A DNA stretch of 64,000 nucleotides, taken from contig NC_057719.1 of the NCBI RefSeq assembly GCF_004010195.1, forward strand, positions 89,247,204 to 89,311,203, written 5' to 3'. Shown in pieces: positions 39,801 through 53,494 of this stretch (its first letter is position 1; the number at the start of each line of letters is the position of its first letter). The stretch is from Chiloscyllium plagiosum. Taxonomy: Eukaryota. The notes beneath the pieces are model-generated. The model was not told the DNA's origin, searched no databases, and saw nothing but the letters and a program-made list of their open reading frames with translations. The position numbers and the translations under genes were made by a program.

Positions 39801-42605
39801 TTCTTCTATGTTCTATGTTCTAAATGCGATTGCTTCACCACTTGCGAAGATCTTTACATCCTCGCTCTCCACTGGAGTCCTACCTGAGGACTGGAGGGAG
39901 GCAAATGTAATTCCTCTCTACAAGAAAGGAAATAGGGAAATCCCCGGCAATTACAGACCAGTAAGTCTCACGTCTGCCGTCTGCAAGATGTTAGAAAGGA
40001 TTCTGAGGGATAGGATTTATGACCATCTGGAAGAGCATGGCTTGATTAAATGCAGTCAACACGACTTTGTGAGGGGCAGGTCATGCCTCACAAACCTTAT
40101 CAAGTTCTTTGAGGATGTGACGAGAAACGTTGATGAGAGTCGAGCTGTGGATGTGGTGTATGTGGACTTCAGCAAGGCATTTGATAAGGTTCCCCATGGC
40201 AGGCTCATTCAAAAGATCAGGAGGAATGGGATACAGGGGAACTTAGCTGACTGGATACAGAATTGGCTGGACAGCAGAAGACAGCGAGTGATAGTAGAAG
40301 GAAAATATTCTGCCTGGAAGTCAGTGGTGAGTGGTGTTCCACAGAGCTCTGTCATAGAGTCATAGAGATGTACAGGATGGAAACAGACCCTTCGGTCCAA
40401 CCCGTCCATGCCAACCAGATATCCCAACCCAATCTAGTCCCACCTGCCAGCACCCGGCCCATATCCCTCCAAACCCTTCCTATTCATATACCCATCCAAA
40501 TGCTTCTTAAATGTTGCAATTGTACCAGCCTCCACCACATCCTCTGGCAGCTCATTCCATACATGTACCACCCTCTGCGTGAAAAGGTTGCCCCTTAGGT
40601 CTCTTTTATATCTTTCCCCTCTCACCCTGAACCTTTGTCCTTTAGTTCTAGACTCCCCAACCCCAGGGAAAAGACTTTGCCTATTTATCCTATTCATGCA
40701 CCTCATAATTTTGTAAACCTCTATAAGGTCACCCCCCAGCCTTCGACGCTCCAGGGAAAACAGCCCCAGCCTGTTCAGTCTCTCCCTGCAGCTCAGATCC
40801 TCCAACCCTGGCTACATCCTTGTAAATCTTGTCTGAACCCTTTCAAGTTTCACAACACCTTTCCGAGAGGTAGGAGACCAGAATTGCACGCAATATTCCA
40901 ACAGTGGCCTAACCAATGTCCTGTACAGCCGCAACATGACCTCCCAACTCCTGTACTCAACACTCTGACCAATAAAGGAAAGCATACCAAACACCTTCTT
41001 CACTATCCTATCTCCACTTTCAAGAAGCTATGAACCTGCACTCCAAGGTCTCTTTGTTCAGCAACACTCCCTAGGACCTTACCATTAAGTGTATAAGTCC
41101 TGCTAAGATTTGCTTTACAAAAATGCAGCACCTCGCATTTCGCTGAATTAAACTCCATCTGCCACTTCTCAGCCCATTGGCCCATCTGATCCAGATCCTT
41201 TTGTAATCTGAGGTAACCCTCTTCGCTGTCCACTACACCTCCAATTTTGGTGTCATCTGCAAACTTACTAACTGTACGTCTTATGCTTGCATCCTAATCA
41301 TTTATGTAAATGACAAAAAGCCTTGGGCCTCTACTGTTTGTAATTTTTATTAATGACTTGGATGAGGGGATTGAAGGATGGGTCAGCAAGTTTGCAGATG
41401 ACACAAAGGTTGGAGGTGTCATTGACAGTATAGAGGGCTGTTGTAGGCTGCAGCGGGACATTGACAGGATGCAGAGATGGGCTGAGAGGTGGCAGATGGA
41501 GTTCACTGCGTCCAGTTCTGGTCGCCCTATTATAGGAAAGATGTGGATGCATTGGAGAGGGTTCAGAGGTGGTTTACCAGGATGCTGCCTGGACTGGAGG
41601 GCTTATCTTATGAAGAGAGGTTGACTGAGTTCGGACTTTTTTCATTGGAGAAAAGGAGGAGAAGAGGGGACCTAATTGAGGTATACAAGATAATGAGAGG
41701 CATAGATAGAGTCGCTAGCTAGAGACTATTTCCCAGGGCACAAATGGCTAACATGAGGGGTCATAGTTTTAAGCTGGTTGGAGGAAAGTATAGAGGGGAT
41801 GTCAGAGGTGGTTTCTTTACACAGAGAATTGTGAGAGCATGGAATGCATTGCCATCAGCAGTTGTGGAAGCAAGGTCATTGGGGACATTTTAGAGACTGC
41901 TAGACATGCATATGGTCACAGAAATTTGAGGGTGCATACATGAGGATCAATGGTCGGCACAACATCGTGGGCTGAAGGGCCTGTTCTGTGCTGTAGTGTT
42001 CTATGTTTTAAGAACCCTATCAACCTAGGTGGCAACTTCCAGGGATCTATGTACATGGACACCAAGATCTCTCTCTCAACTACACTACCAAGAATCTTTC
42101 CATTAACCCAGTACTCTGTATTCCTCTTTCCCTTCCAAAGTGAATCACCTCACTCTTTTCCGCATTAAACTCTATTTGCCACTCTCAGCCCAGCTCTGCA
42201 GTTTATCTATGTCCCTCTGTAACCTGCAACATCCTTCAGCACTATCCGCTACTCCACTGACCTCAGTGTCATCTACCAATTTACTAACCCATCCTTCTAC
42301 ACCCTCATCCAAGCAATTTATAAAAATGACAAACAGCAGTGGCCCCCAAACAGATCCTTACGGTACACCACTAGTAACTGAACTCCAGGATGAACATTTC
42401 CCAGCAACCAGCAAGCCAATTTCAGATCCAAACCACAAAATCATCCTCAATCCCATGCCTCCGTATTTTGTGCAATAGCCTACCATTGGAATCTTATCAA
42501 GTGCCTCACTGAAATCAGTATACACCACATCAACTGCTTTACCCTCATCCACCTGTTTTGGTCACCATCTCACAGAACTCGATAAGGTTTGGGAGGCACA
42601 ACGTA
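36860..42605. mobile_element. Dense pile of at least 8 CR1 fragments in alternating orientation (includes N gap 37323-37354)
   Basis: CR1 ORF2 pieces at 37303(-), 37937(-), 38348(-), 38966(+), 39748(+), 40434(-), 41310(+), 42358(-); several tails. Confidence 0.9.
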
Positions 42606-42624
42606 CCCTTAGGTAGGTGGGAGG

Positions 42625-43095
42625 ATGTGAAGCTGGAAAAGCACAGCAGGTCAAACAGCATCAGAGGAGCAGAAAAGCCTATGTTTCGGGCTGAAATGTA
42701 TTGTCAGGACTGGGGATTGGGGGTAGGGAGCCCAGAAGTGTACAGCGTGGGTGTTGGTGGGATGGGGCTGGGGAATGTGAAGGTGGGTTGGTGATGCAGG
42801 TGACAGGTAGGGGGGGGTTATTGCGATTGGTTAGTGGGAAGAGTCGAGTGGATAGACGAGTGGAAGATGGACATGTTCAGCACCTTTCTCATTGACCAAT
42901 CACAATAAACCCCCACCTGCATCACCTATGACCATCTCACCGACCCTTCCCCCTGCCCTAACCCCCTCCCTCTGCATACCTCTGGGTTTGCTCCCCGTCC
43001 CCAGGGCTGACAAAGAGTTTCATTCTGAAACATTGACTTTCCTGCTCCTCAAATGCTTTCTGACCTGCTGTGCTTTTCCAGCCGTACGTCTATCG
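42625..43095. mobile_element. Diverged fold-back Penelope-derived element (two pLTR pieces in inverted orientation)
   Basis: gctggaaaagcacagcaggtca ... tgacctgctgtgcttttccagc inverted termini; G-rich and C-rich halves mirror around ~42880. Confidence 0.65.
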
Positions 43096-43719
43096 ATATG
43101 GTATCCAGGTTTGTTAATGAGAACCAAGAGATGGGAAAGGGAGTTGTCAAGATGAACTAGTGAAGGGATATAGCCAGATTAAATGAGTAGGCAGATGGAA
43201 GAGTGTGCGGTAGGAAAAATAGGAAAGTGGCTTAAATGAACAGCTTCATAAATCACACAAAGTCAGAATGCAGCTATGGACAGTAATTAGGAAGGATAAT
43301 GCAATGTTGCTGACTGCGGGCAGGGTAGAATATAAACATAGGGAAACTTTACTCCAGCTGCACATGCCCTTGGTTTGGCCACATCTGGAGGACTGCCTAC
43401 ACAGGATTTGGGCAGGATATAATTGTGTCCAAAGCAATTCAGAGAAAGCCCATTTAACTCTTCCCGGGGTGATTGGCTAATGAAGAAAAAGTTGAAAAGG
43501 TGAGACTAGGTTTAGGAAAATGAAATTTGATCTTATTGCAAAGTATATGATCGCCAAGAAACTTAACAGGGTAGATCCTGGAGGCTGTTTACTCTTAGAG
43601 GGAAACTAAAACTAAGTGACACTGTTTAAGAATAAGTGTCCCTTTTAAGTCAGAGTTGAGGGTGGTTAGAGACTTCTATTTCTCAGAGTTTAGTGAAGGA
43701 TGGTGTGTGTATAATAGAT

Positions 43720-44380
43720 TTATGATACGAAAGTCGGAGGAGTTGTAGACAGTGAGGAAGGATGTGGCAGGTTACAGCGGGATATAGATAAGCTGCAGAA
43801 CTGGGCAGAAAGGTGGCAAATGGAGTTCAATGTAGCTAAGTGTGAGGTGATTCACTTTGGTAAGTGTAATAAAAAAATGGGGTACTGGGCTAANNNNNNN
43901 NNNNNNNNNNNNNNNNNNNNNNNNNNNNNNNNNNNNNNNNNNNNNNNNNNNNNNNNNNNNNNNNNNNNNNNNNNNNNNNNNNNNNNNNNNNNNNNNNNNN
44001 NNNNNNNNNNNNNNNNNNNNNNNNNNNNNNNNNNNNNNNNNNNNNNNNNNNNNNNNNNNNNNNNNNNNNNNNNNNNNNNNNNNNNNNNNNNNNNNNNNNN
44101 NNNNNNNNNNNNNNTATTACAAGGGTGCATAGCTTTAAATTAAGGGGGGGTAGGTATAGGGCAGATGTTAGGGGTAGGTTCTTTACTCAGCGAGTCGTGA
44201 GTTCATGGAATGCCCTGCCAGTAGCAGTGGTGGACTCTCCCTCATTATGGGCATTTAAGCGGGCATTGGATAGGCATATGGAGGATAGTGGGCTAGTGTA
44301 GGTTAGGTGGGCTTGGATCGGCGCAACATCGAGGGCCGAAGGGCCTGTACTGCGCTGTATTCTTCTATGTTCTATGTTCC
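43720..44380 (+). mobile_element. Young CR1 3' portion spanning N gap 43894-44114
   Basis: Near-identical to 38980-39822. Confidence 0.85.
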
Positions 44381-44504
44381 ATAAAATGATGTTGGGCATC
44401 ATGGGGTTGTGTGGGTGGGAGGATGATTTAACAAAGTGAAGATGAGACCACAATTAGATCAAACATGATCCTATTAAATGGAGGATCAGGCTGGAAAGGC
44501 TACA

Positions 44505-44627
44505 GGAGAAAGTGAGGACTGCAGATGCTGGAGATCAGAGCTGAAAATGTGTTGCTGGAAAAGCGCAGCAGGTCAGGCAGCATCCAAGGAACAGGAGAAT
44601 CGATGTTTCGGGCATAAGCCCTTCTTT
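44505..44627 (-). mobile_element. Short Penelope-derived insertion (same family as 15435 and 46706)
   Basis: gagctgaaaatgtgttgctggaaaagcgcagcagg shared verbatim with 15435. Confidence 0.75.
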
Positions 44628-44749
44628 AAGCCTACTCCTGCTCCTAGCCTGTGTATTGCTATGTGTTTGACTCTGAATTGGTGTACTTGGCAAGCCACTC
44701 GGTTCAAGGGCAATTAAAGATGGGCAATCAGTAATGTCAGGCTTATGTC

Positions 44750-46985
44750 CAAAACTAGAACAGTACAGCACAGGAATGGGCCATTCAGCACACGATGTTG
44801 TGCTGAACAAGTCACCAAATGAAACCACTTCCTTCTGCTTTGGTCCACATCCCTCTATTCCTTGCATATTCATTTGCTTATCTAAAAAGCTCTTAAATAC
44901 CTTTATTGTATCTGCCTCCACCACCAGCCCTGGCAGTGGGTTACAGATTTCTACCACTCTGTGTTAAAAGACTTGTCCCTCATGTCTCCTTTGAGTTTTC
45001 TCCTCTCACCTTAAATGTATGCCCCCTAGTATTAGACATTTAAACTCTCAAAAAGATGTTGACGGTCAACCTAATCAATGCATCTCGTAATTTTGTTGAC
45101 TTCTATCAAGTCTCCTCTTAGCCTCACTGCTCAAGAACAAACAATACAAGTTTTTCTGGCTTCGCTTTATATGTTCATACCCTCTAAGCTAGGCAGCATT
45201 CTGGAAAATCTCTGCACCCGCTCCAAAGCCTCCACATTCTTCCTGTAATGTGGTGACCAGAATTGAACATAATACTCGACATGTGACCTAACCAAAGACT
45301 TATAAAACTGTAACATGGCATCCTGATTGTTGTACTCAGTTCCCTGACCAATAAAAACAAGCATGCCATTTGCCTTCTTTACCACCCTATCTACTTGATT
45401 GGCCACTTTCAGGGAGCTATGGACTTGAATCCAAGATCCTTCTGTACATCAGTGCTGTTCAGAATCCTACCATTAACTGTATTCTCTTCCTTAAAATTTG
45501 ATCTCCCATAGTGCAGCACCTCACACTTACCCTGATTAAGCTCCATCTGCCATTTCTCCACCCTTATCTGCAACTGGTCTATATCCCCCTGCATCCTTTG
45601 ACGACACTATCCACAACTCCAAAGATCTTTGTACCGTCTGCAAACTTACTAACCTACTCATCTACATAATCAACTAAGTAATTTATATATCTAAAACTTC
45701 AGAGATTCCAATACGAATCCCTGTGGAACACCACTATTAACAGACCTCCTGCCTGAAAAACACCCTTCCACCACTATTCTCTGTCTTCTATGGTCAAGCC
45801 AAATCTGAATCCACGCGGCCAAGTTACCATGGATCCCACACTTCTTAATCTTCTGAATGAGCCTACCATGATGGTCCTTGCCGAAAGCCTTACTAAAATC
45901 CATGTAGACAACACCCTGCTCTACCCTCATTAATCATCTTCATCACCTCCTGGAAAAATTCAATCAAATTAGTAGGACATGACCTGCCCTATACAAAGCC
46001 ATGCTGACTGTCTCTAATTAGGCCATGTTTTTTCCAAATATGTGTAAATCCTATACCTAAAATTCTCTCCAATCACTTCCCAGCCACCACCTTGAGACTC
46101 ACTGGTCTACGGTTTCCTAGATTATCCCTAGTCCTTTCTTGAACATAGGAAAGTTAGCTACTTGCTCTGGGATCTCTCCAGTGGTGGGTGAGGATACAAA
46201 GATCTTGTTCAAGTCCCCAGCAATTTCCTCTCTTGCCTATCTCTTTTAGGATCTCCCCAAATCCCCTGCCTTCAAACACAAGTTCCCTCTTTTATCCTTG
46301 AGTGATCCTATCTTGTCCCTAGTGTGCTCTTGTTTTTAATGTATTTATAGAGTATTTTGGGATTGTCTTTAACCCTTCTTGCCAAGGTCATTTCATGGTC
46401 CCTTCTTACTCTCCTAATTCCCTGCTTTCCTTATATTCCTGATGGGGCCCTGTTCGATTTTAACCTCCTAAACATTTCATATGCTTCTTTTTTCCTTTTG
46501 ACTAAATTCGCAACCTTCCTCATTATCCAAAGGTCCCTTACCTTGCCACCTTGTCCTTCCTCCTTACTGGAACATGCCAGTCTTGAACTCTCATTAGCAT
46601 GTCAAATCTAACAGCTCCTCCCAATTAACACTTCCTAGCTCCTGCCTAATACTGACGTAATTTGCCCTCCCCCAATTTAATACCTTCACCCATGGTTCTA
46701 ACATAGCTGAAAATGTGTTGCTGGAAAAGCGCAGCAGGTAAGGCAGCATCCAGGGAACAGGAGAATCGACGTTTCGGGCACAAGCCCTTCCTCAGAAAAG
46801 GGACCATTCTCCTGTTCCCTGGATGCTGCCTGACCTGCTGCGCTTTTCCAGCAACACATTTTCAGCTCTGATCTCCAGCATCTGCAGTCCTCACTTTCTC
46901 CCCATGGTCCTAACATATCCTTGTTCATAGCCATCGTAAAGCTCAGAGTTGTGATCACTGTTTCCAAAATGCTCTCCCAGTCGCC
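44750..46985 (-). mobile_element. CR1 LINE ORF2 and 3' end
   Basis: ORFs 45167, 45409, 45691 with RT motifs. Confidence 0.85.
46706..46900. mobile_element. Fold-back Penelope-derived insertion, 62-bp inverted arms, 17-bp TSD
   Basis: Arms 46705-46766 and 46806-46867 (1 mismatch); TSD cccatggt(t/c)ctaacata at 46689-46705 and 46901-46917. Confidence 0.88.
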
Positions 46986-47119
46986 TGGCCCAGCTCATTA
47001 GCTAATACAAACCAGTATGAATCCTTAACTAGTTGGACTATAAGGTAAATGAGACTTGGGACAGATGGTATTGGCACTGTGTAAGTAACTCAACTGTTCC
47101 AATATATTTGGACAACTGG

Positions 47120-49750
47120 TCCCGTGGAGGCCTGTGACCAGCAGTGTACCACAAGAATCAGTGCTGGGTCCACTGCCTTTTGTCATGTATGTAAATGATT
47201 TGGATGTGAACATAGGAGATATGGTTAGTAAATTTGCAGGTGACACCAAAATTGGAGACTGGTGGACAGCAAAGAAGGTAACCTCAGATTACAATAGGAT
47301 CTTGATCAGATGGGCTAATGGGCTGAGAAGTGGCAGATGGTGTTTAATTCAGCTAACTGTAAGATGCTGCATTTTGGAAAGGCAACTCAGGGCAGAACTT
47401 ATACACTTAATGATAAGGTCCTGCGGATTGTTGCTGAACAGAGAGATCTTTGAGGTTCGGAGTTCCTTGAATGTGAAGTCACAGGTAGATAGGATAGTGA
47501 AAAAGGTGTTTGGTATACATTTCCTTTATTGGTCAGAGTATTGAGTACAGGAGTTGGGAGGTCATGTTGCAGCTGTACAGACATTGGTTAGACCACTATT
47601 GGAAAATTGTGTGCTATTCTGATCTCCCTCCTATAGGAAGGATGCTGTGAAACTTGAAAGGGTTCAAAAAAGATTGACAAGGTTGTTGCCAGGGTTGGAG
47701 GGTTTAAACTACTGGGCGAGGCTGAATAGGCTGGGACTATTTTCCCTGGAGTGTTAAAGACTGAGGTGTGACCATGGGAGATTTACATGGACAGGGTAAA
47801 CGAAGACTTTTCCCCAAGTGGAGGGAGTCCAAAACTAGAGGTCATGCATTTAAGTTGAGAGGGGAAAGATGTAAATGGGACCTAATTTTCACTCAGAGGG
47901 TGGTGCATGTATGGAATGAGCTGCAAGAGGAAGTGGTGGAGGCTGGTACAATTACAGCATTTAAAAGGCATCTGGATAGATATATGAATAGGAAGAGTTG
48001 AGAGGGATATGGGCCAAATATCTGGTCGGTATGGATGAGTTGGGCCGAAGGGTCTGTTTCTCTGCTATATGTTTCTATGATTTTGTAACCCAGTGCCAAT
48101 CTCCTGCCTTTCCCACTATCTCTGCACACCATTTCTATCACAATAACTATTCAATACCCTCTTCAATGAACCCAATTGAACACTCCAACATACTTCCAGG
48201 CATTTCACTCATTTACATGCAAGATGGGCAGGCTGGGCCAGTATCCAATGGAGTTTAATAAGAGATGATCTGCTTGAAACACAATGGACTTTAGTAAAGC
48301 CTTTGACAAAGTTCTACATGACAGACTAATTAGTAAAGTTAGATCACATGGGATTCAAGGAGAGCTTGAAGATTCAAGGATCCACATTTGGCTTGCTGGT
48401 TGGAGACAGAGGGTGATGATAGAGGGTTGTTTCTTTCCGACTAGAGGCTTATGACCAGTGGTGTCCCGCAGGGATCAGTGCTGGATCCACAGTTGTCATT
48501 TCTTTAAATAATTTGGATGAGAATGTAGGAAATCTCGTTCGTCAGTTTGCAAATGACACCAAAATTTGTGATGTAGTTGGCAGTAATGAAGGCTATCTAA
48601 GATAACAAAGGGATCTTGATCAATTGGGCCAATGGACTGAGAAGTGGCAGATGAAGGTTAATTTGGATAAATCAAGTATTGCATTTTGGTAAAACAAACA
48701 AGGACAGGACTTATACAGTTAATGGTTGAGCCCTGGATTGTACCTAGGAGTTCAGCTACATAATTCTTTAAAAGTTGCATCACAGGTAAGCAAGGTATTT
48801 AAGAAGGCATTTAACATGTTTGCTTTCATTGGTCAGAACATTGAGTATAGGAGTTGGTCATTGTATTGAAGTTGTACAGGAGGTTGGTGGGGCCACTTTT
48901 GGAGTCTGTGTACAGTTCTGGGCACCCTACTTTGTAAGGATATTATTAAATTGGAGAGGGTTCATAAAAGATTTACAGGATGTTGACGGGATTGGAAGGT
49001 TTGAGTTAGAAGAATAAATAGGCTGGATAGGCAGGGACATTTTTCACTGGAGCATAGGAGATTGAGAGGTGACCTAGAGTTTTATAGAATCATGAGGGGT
49101 GTAGATAAGGTGAATAGTTAAGGTCTTTTCCCTCAGAAAAGTGAGTTCAAAACTAGGGGCCTTATTTTTAAAGTGAGAGGAGAAAGGTTATACAAGGGAC
49201 CTCAGGGGCAACTTTTTCACACTGAGGGTGGTTCCTCTGTGCAGTAAACTGCCAGAGGAGGTTATAGATCCAACTACATTTAAAAGACATTTGGATAAGT
49301 TTAGAGTGATATGGTCCAAACACAGGCAAGTAGGACTAGTTTAATTTGGGAAACTTGGTTGGCATGGACACATAAGACCAAAGGTCTGTTTTGGTGCTGT
49401 ATGACTGTGACATAAGATCCAGTTTGACAGGGTGAATTCTGAGAGGATGTTTTCCCTCATGGCAGCGAGAGTAGATAAAGGGACATCATTTTAAGATCTT
49501 CCATTCAAAAGGCTTCTAAAATTCTCTTAAAGGGTCATCAGTGTGCGGAATTCTCTTTGACAGAGTATTTTAGAGTCTGAGTCATGAGTACTTGCAGGAC
49601 TGAGATAGAGACCTTTTAATTGACCAGGTAGTCAAGGGTTGCAGTCGATTTGAGTGGGGGGAAGGTGTGGAAGGAGGGTGAGGTGGGGACACTGCAGGAA
49701 AGTGGGTGTTGAGGTTGAGATCAGCCAGGATCTTGTCAAATGGGAAGAGG
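47120..49750 (+). mobile_element. Tandem CR1 3' fragments
   Basis: RT motifs in ORF 47134; two separate 3' ends (~48080, ~49405). Confidence 0.8.
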
Positions 49751-49849
49751 TCTTGTGTAACAAGTGTGGTTATCCTTGGAGAGATTGTAGGACTTCAGGC
49801 ACTCATAGTTTCAAACGAAAGCTCCACTTTTTTCAAAGGAATTAGGAAT

Positions 49850-50155
49850 TAGAATTAGAATCCCTACAGTATGGAAACAGGCCCTTCGGCCTAACAAGTC
49901 CACACCGACCCTCCAAAGAATAACCCATTCCCCTACATTTACCCCTGACTAATGTACTTAACCTGCACACTATGGGAAATTTAGCATGGCCAATTCACCT
50001 GACCTGCACATCTTTGGCCTGTGAGAGGAAACCAGAGCACCCAGAGAAAACCCATACAGACACTGGGAGAACGTGCAAACTTCACACAGATAGTTGCCCG
50101 AGGCTGGAATCGAACCCAGGTCTCTGGCACTGAGGCAGCAGTGCTAACCACTGGC
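49850..50155 (-). mobile_element. HE1 SINE
   Basis: HE1 consensus with B box ggttcgattcc. Confidence 0.88.
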
Positions 50156-50954
50156 ACTACAGAAACATCAGGCTGTTTTACTTATATAAAGAGAGGGCAA
50201 TAATTGATGTTTCACAGGAACAATCATAAGAAATCTGTGATCTGTGACCCAACACTGTTACAGCTTTCAGGGGCGTTTGTCTTTTAGGTTGGTTTCATTT
50301 GGTTCTTTCCAAAAGGGCATGAAGAGGAACCTCACTCTGTGCCATTCTGTCCTGCTACTTCTGACCAGTCCTGGGGCGGGGGGGGGGGGCTCTCCATTGG
50401 GGGTGTCACCTACAGCAGTCCCATGCAACATAAGATGCTTCGTGGCTTTTGTGGGAGATGGGGAAACCATTTTGTTTACACACCATTTTGCTTACAGAAG
50501 CCAGTATGTCCCTAGCTAAAAGAGGGCCTTCCCAGAATACCATTGATAGCTCACATTAAGTATACCCAGGAACTGACTGCGAACGAGACTTTACCTAATT
50601 GGAGGAGACACATTATCTAAACAACCCACTAATGGGATTCTTTCCCTCACATTGACACAGCACCTCCAGAAGCCCCAAAGGCTCTCTCTGCCTCTCTGGG
50701 AGACCAGCCGACACAATACCCCACAGACAAAATGTCATCAAAGTAATCAATATGGATGGTCTCAGCCTTATGTGCCACTATAGACAGGATGATACCAATT
50801 AGTCAATGAATGTTCTTCGATTAGTTAACCTCCAGCTGCCATTGTTTAACTGATTAATACTGTTTAAACATTGTAAGCCCTCTTTCAATACTATTAATCT
50901 ATCAACTGTAATTAAAACTGTATTGTCTTATAATCAGCTATCAAGTGTCCTAGT

Positions 50955-52740
50955 GCATGAATCACAGAAGGTTAGTATGCAGGTGCAGCAAGTTATTGGG
51001 AAAACTCATAGAACGCTGTGGGCAGTGTTGTAGACCTGAGAGCCAGGGTTTGGGTATATTCTTTTTTGATGTTTGCATCACGTATATGCAGGGTGGTTAG
51101 GAAGATGTTTAGCATGCTTGCCTTCATTGCTGAGACATTTGAGAATAGGAGTTGAGACGATACTTTGAGGTTGTATAGGACGTTGGTGAGGTTTCCTCTG
51201 GAGTGCTGTGTCCAATTCTGGTTGTCCTGTTATTAGAAGGATATTATTAAGGTGGAGAGGGTTCAAAAGAGATTTACCAGAATGTTGCTGGAAATGGAAG
51301 GTTTGAGTTGTATGGAGAACTGGGATATTTTTCATTGCAGTGTAGGAGGTTGAGAGGTGGCCTATAGACAAAATCAAGGGGTATAAACAAAGTGAATTGC
51401 ATGGTCTCTTTAGGGCCCTAGAGTGGCGGATCACAGGACTAGATGGCATATTTTTAACATGAGAGGAGGAAAATTTTAAAAAGACATGAGAAGCATTTTT
51501 TCTTACAGCGGTTTGTGTGTGTAATAAACTTCCAGCAAAAGTGATGGATGTATACATGAATAAGAAATGTTTGGAGGAAATTGGGCTAAGCACAGGCAGT
51601 TGGGATTAGTTTAGTTTGGTTGGCATGGGCTGGTTGACCAGAAGAGTTTGTTTCCACACTGTATAACGCTTTGACTCTAGTGTCTTAATGTGAGAGGAAT
51701 TAAATACAAGAGTAGGGAGGTTATTCTTCAGTTATACAGGGTACTGGTAAGACCACATCTGGTGCACTTTGTACAGTTCTGATCATTGTTTGTAGGAAAG
51801 GATGTTAATACATTGGAAATAGTTTAGAGAGTGTTTACTGGACTAATACCTGGAATGGATGGGTTGTGTTATAAGGAAAGGCCAGACAGGCTAGGCTGTA
51901 TCCTCTGGAGTTTTGGAGAGTCAGAGTAGATTTGATTGAAACCTAGACTGGGTGGATGAGGGAAGAATGTTTCTTTTCGTGGGAGAATCTAGAACGAGGT
52001 TACCCATTTAAGACAGTTAAGAAGACATTTTTGTTTCTCGCAGAGGGTTGACAGAAAGGCAGTGGCTGCATAATCTTTAATATTTTGAAAACAGAGGTCA
52101 ATATATTATTGGTTACCAAAAAGGATGAAAGATTATGGGGGATATGTAGGAATGTAGAGTTGATATTAAAATTAAATCAGCCGCAATCGTATTAAAGGGC
52201 AGGGCAGTCTCAATAGGTCAAGTGGCCTATTCTGTCCCTTGTTTCTCTGTTTGTGATCCATGGAAATATGAGGCTGTGCAAGGTTGCAGTTTCCCTAAAT
52301 GGGGAAAGATTTAACAAAGGACCTGGGGGTAACTTTTTCACTCAAAGGGTGGTGCATGTATAGACCACATATCCCAGAGGAAGTGGTGGAGGCAGGTATC
52401 ATTACAACATTTAAAGGCATCTGAATAGGTGTATGAATAGGAAGGATTTAGAGGGATATGGGCCAAATGCTGACAAATGGGCCAAGATTAATTTAGGAGA
52501 CAAAAAAAACTGGGTTCTGAGAAAGAGTCATTCGCCATGGAATGTTAACTCTGATTTCTCTGCACAGGTGCTGCCGGAGCTGCTGAGCTTTTCCAGAAGT
52601 TTCTATTTTTGTCTCTGATTTACAGCATGCAAAATTATTTCGGTTTTTTGATTAACTTAGGATATCTGTTCAGTATGGGTGAGTTGGACCGAAAGTACTG
52701 TTTCCGTGCTATGTATCTTTGTGACTCTATTACTCTATGA
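50955..52740 (+). mobile_element. Nested CR1 3' ends with a Penelope-derived insert (52499-52649; 13-bp TSD gattaa(t/c)ttagga)
   Basis: CR1 C-terminal motifs; TSD at 52486-52498 and 52650-52662. Confidence 0.75.
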
Positions 52741-53494
52741 CGCCTTTATAAGAGGTTGTCAATTTGTTGGGTTAATTGTTATTTTTTTAGTTTTACTCAA
52801 AAAACGCGTAAGAAGATGCTGACTAAAGCTGTGGTTGGGTTAGGAGTTCTGTGCTTGTAATATTTCACACTAAATAAATGTAAGACTGAGTAAATATTAA
52901 CACCAGTATTCGCCTTCACCAGCTGTCTGTCTGAAACATGTGGTAGGCTGGGGCTTTTCTGTTTACGTGGTGTCCAATACAAACCTCCCTCCTCTCAAAT
53001 ATTTGCATATAACACAGCACATTGGCAGGTTTCCTGGCCAATCAGGTATAGTGACACTGGTGTGTGAAGTAGCCAGGAGATGTTGATGTCAGTTGAGGCC
53101 TACCCCAATGAGTTCCAATGCTGAGAAGATGATTTGCTTGTATCTATCACATCAGGGCTGTGGGTACAGGGGAGTCATTAGCAATCAGGGTTTACAACTG
53201 CAGTGTTGGGAAGAAAGATGTAAAACTTTTCCAGGGAATCTCACCTAATTATTAGCCCTTCTTGCCACCTATCTGGCCAATAGTAAAGACTACTATTGGT
53301 GGGCAAGAACAGCGAACTAAAGTTGAAAGTTGCAAAACAAAAATGTTGCTGAGAGGCAGAAAGTGCATGTTTTCACCACAGTCTCAGAGTGAGCACTGAA
53401 AGAACCAACTGGAACACATGCTGGCTCCTAACAGGAAACAAGGTCACTTTCTGTCAAAAGTGTGAGAATTTGGAGAGAAATCCTTAGAAAGAAA

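Noticed and set aside
50318..50350. catgaagaggaacctcactctgtgccatt resembling HEEGAPCTAI codons
   Set aside because: Upstream LVALKEIRLE is absent, there are no matching splice sites, and it is out of order relative to the 54165 candidate; likely chance.
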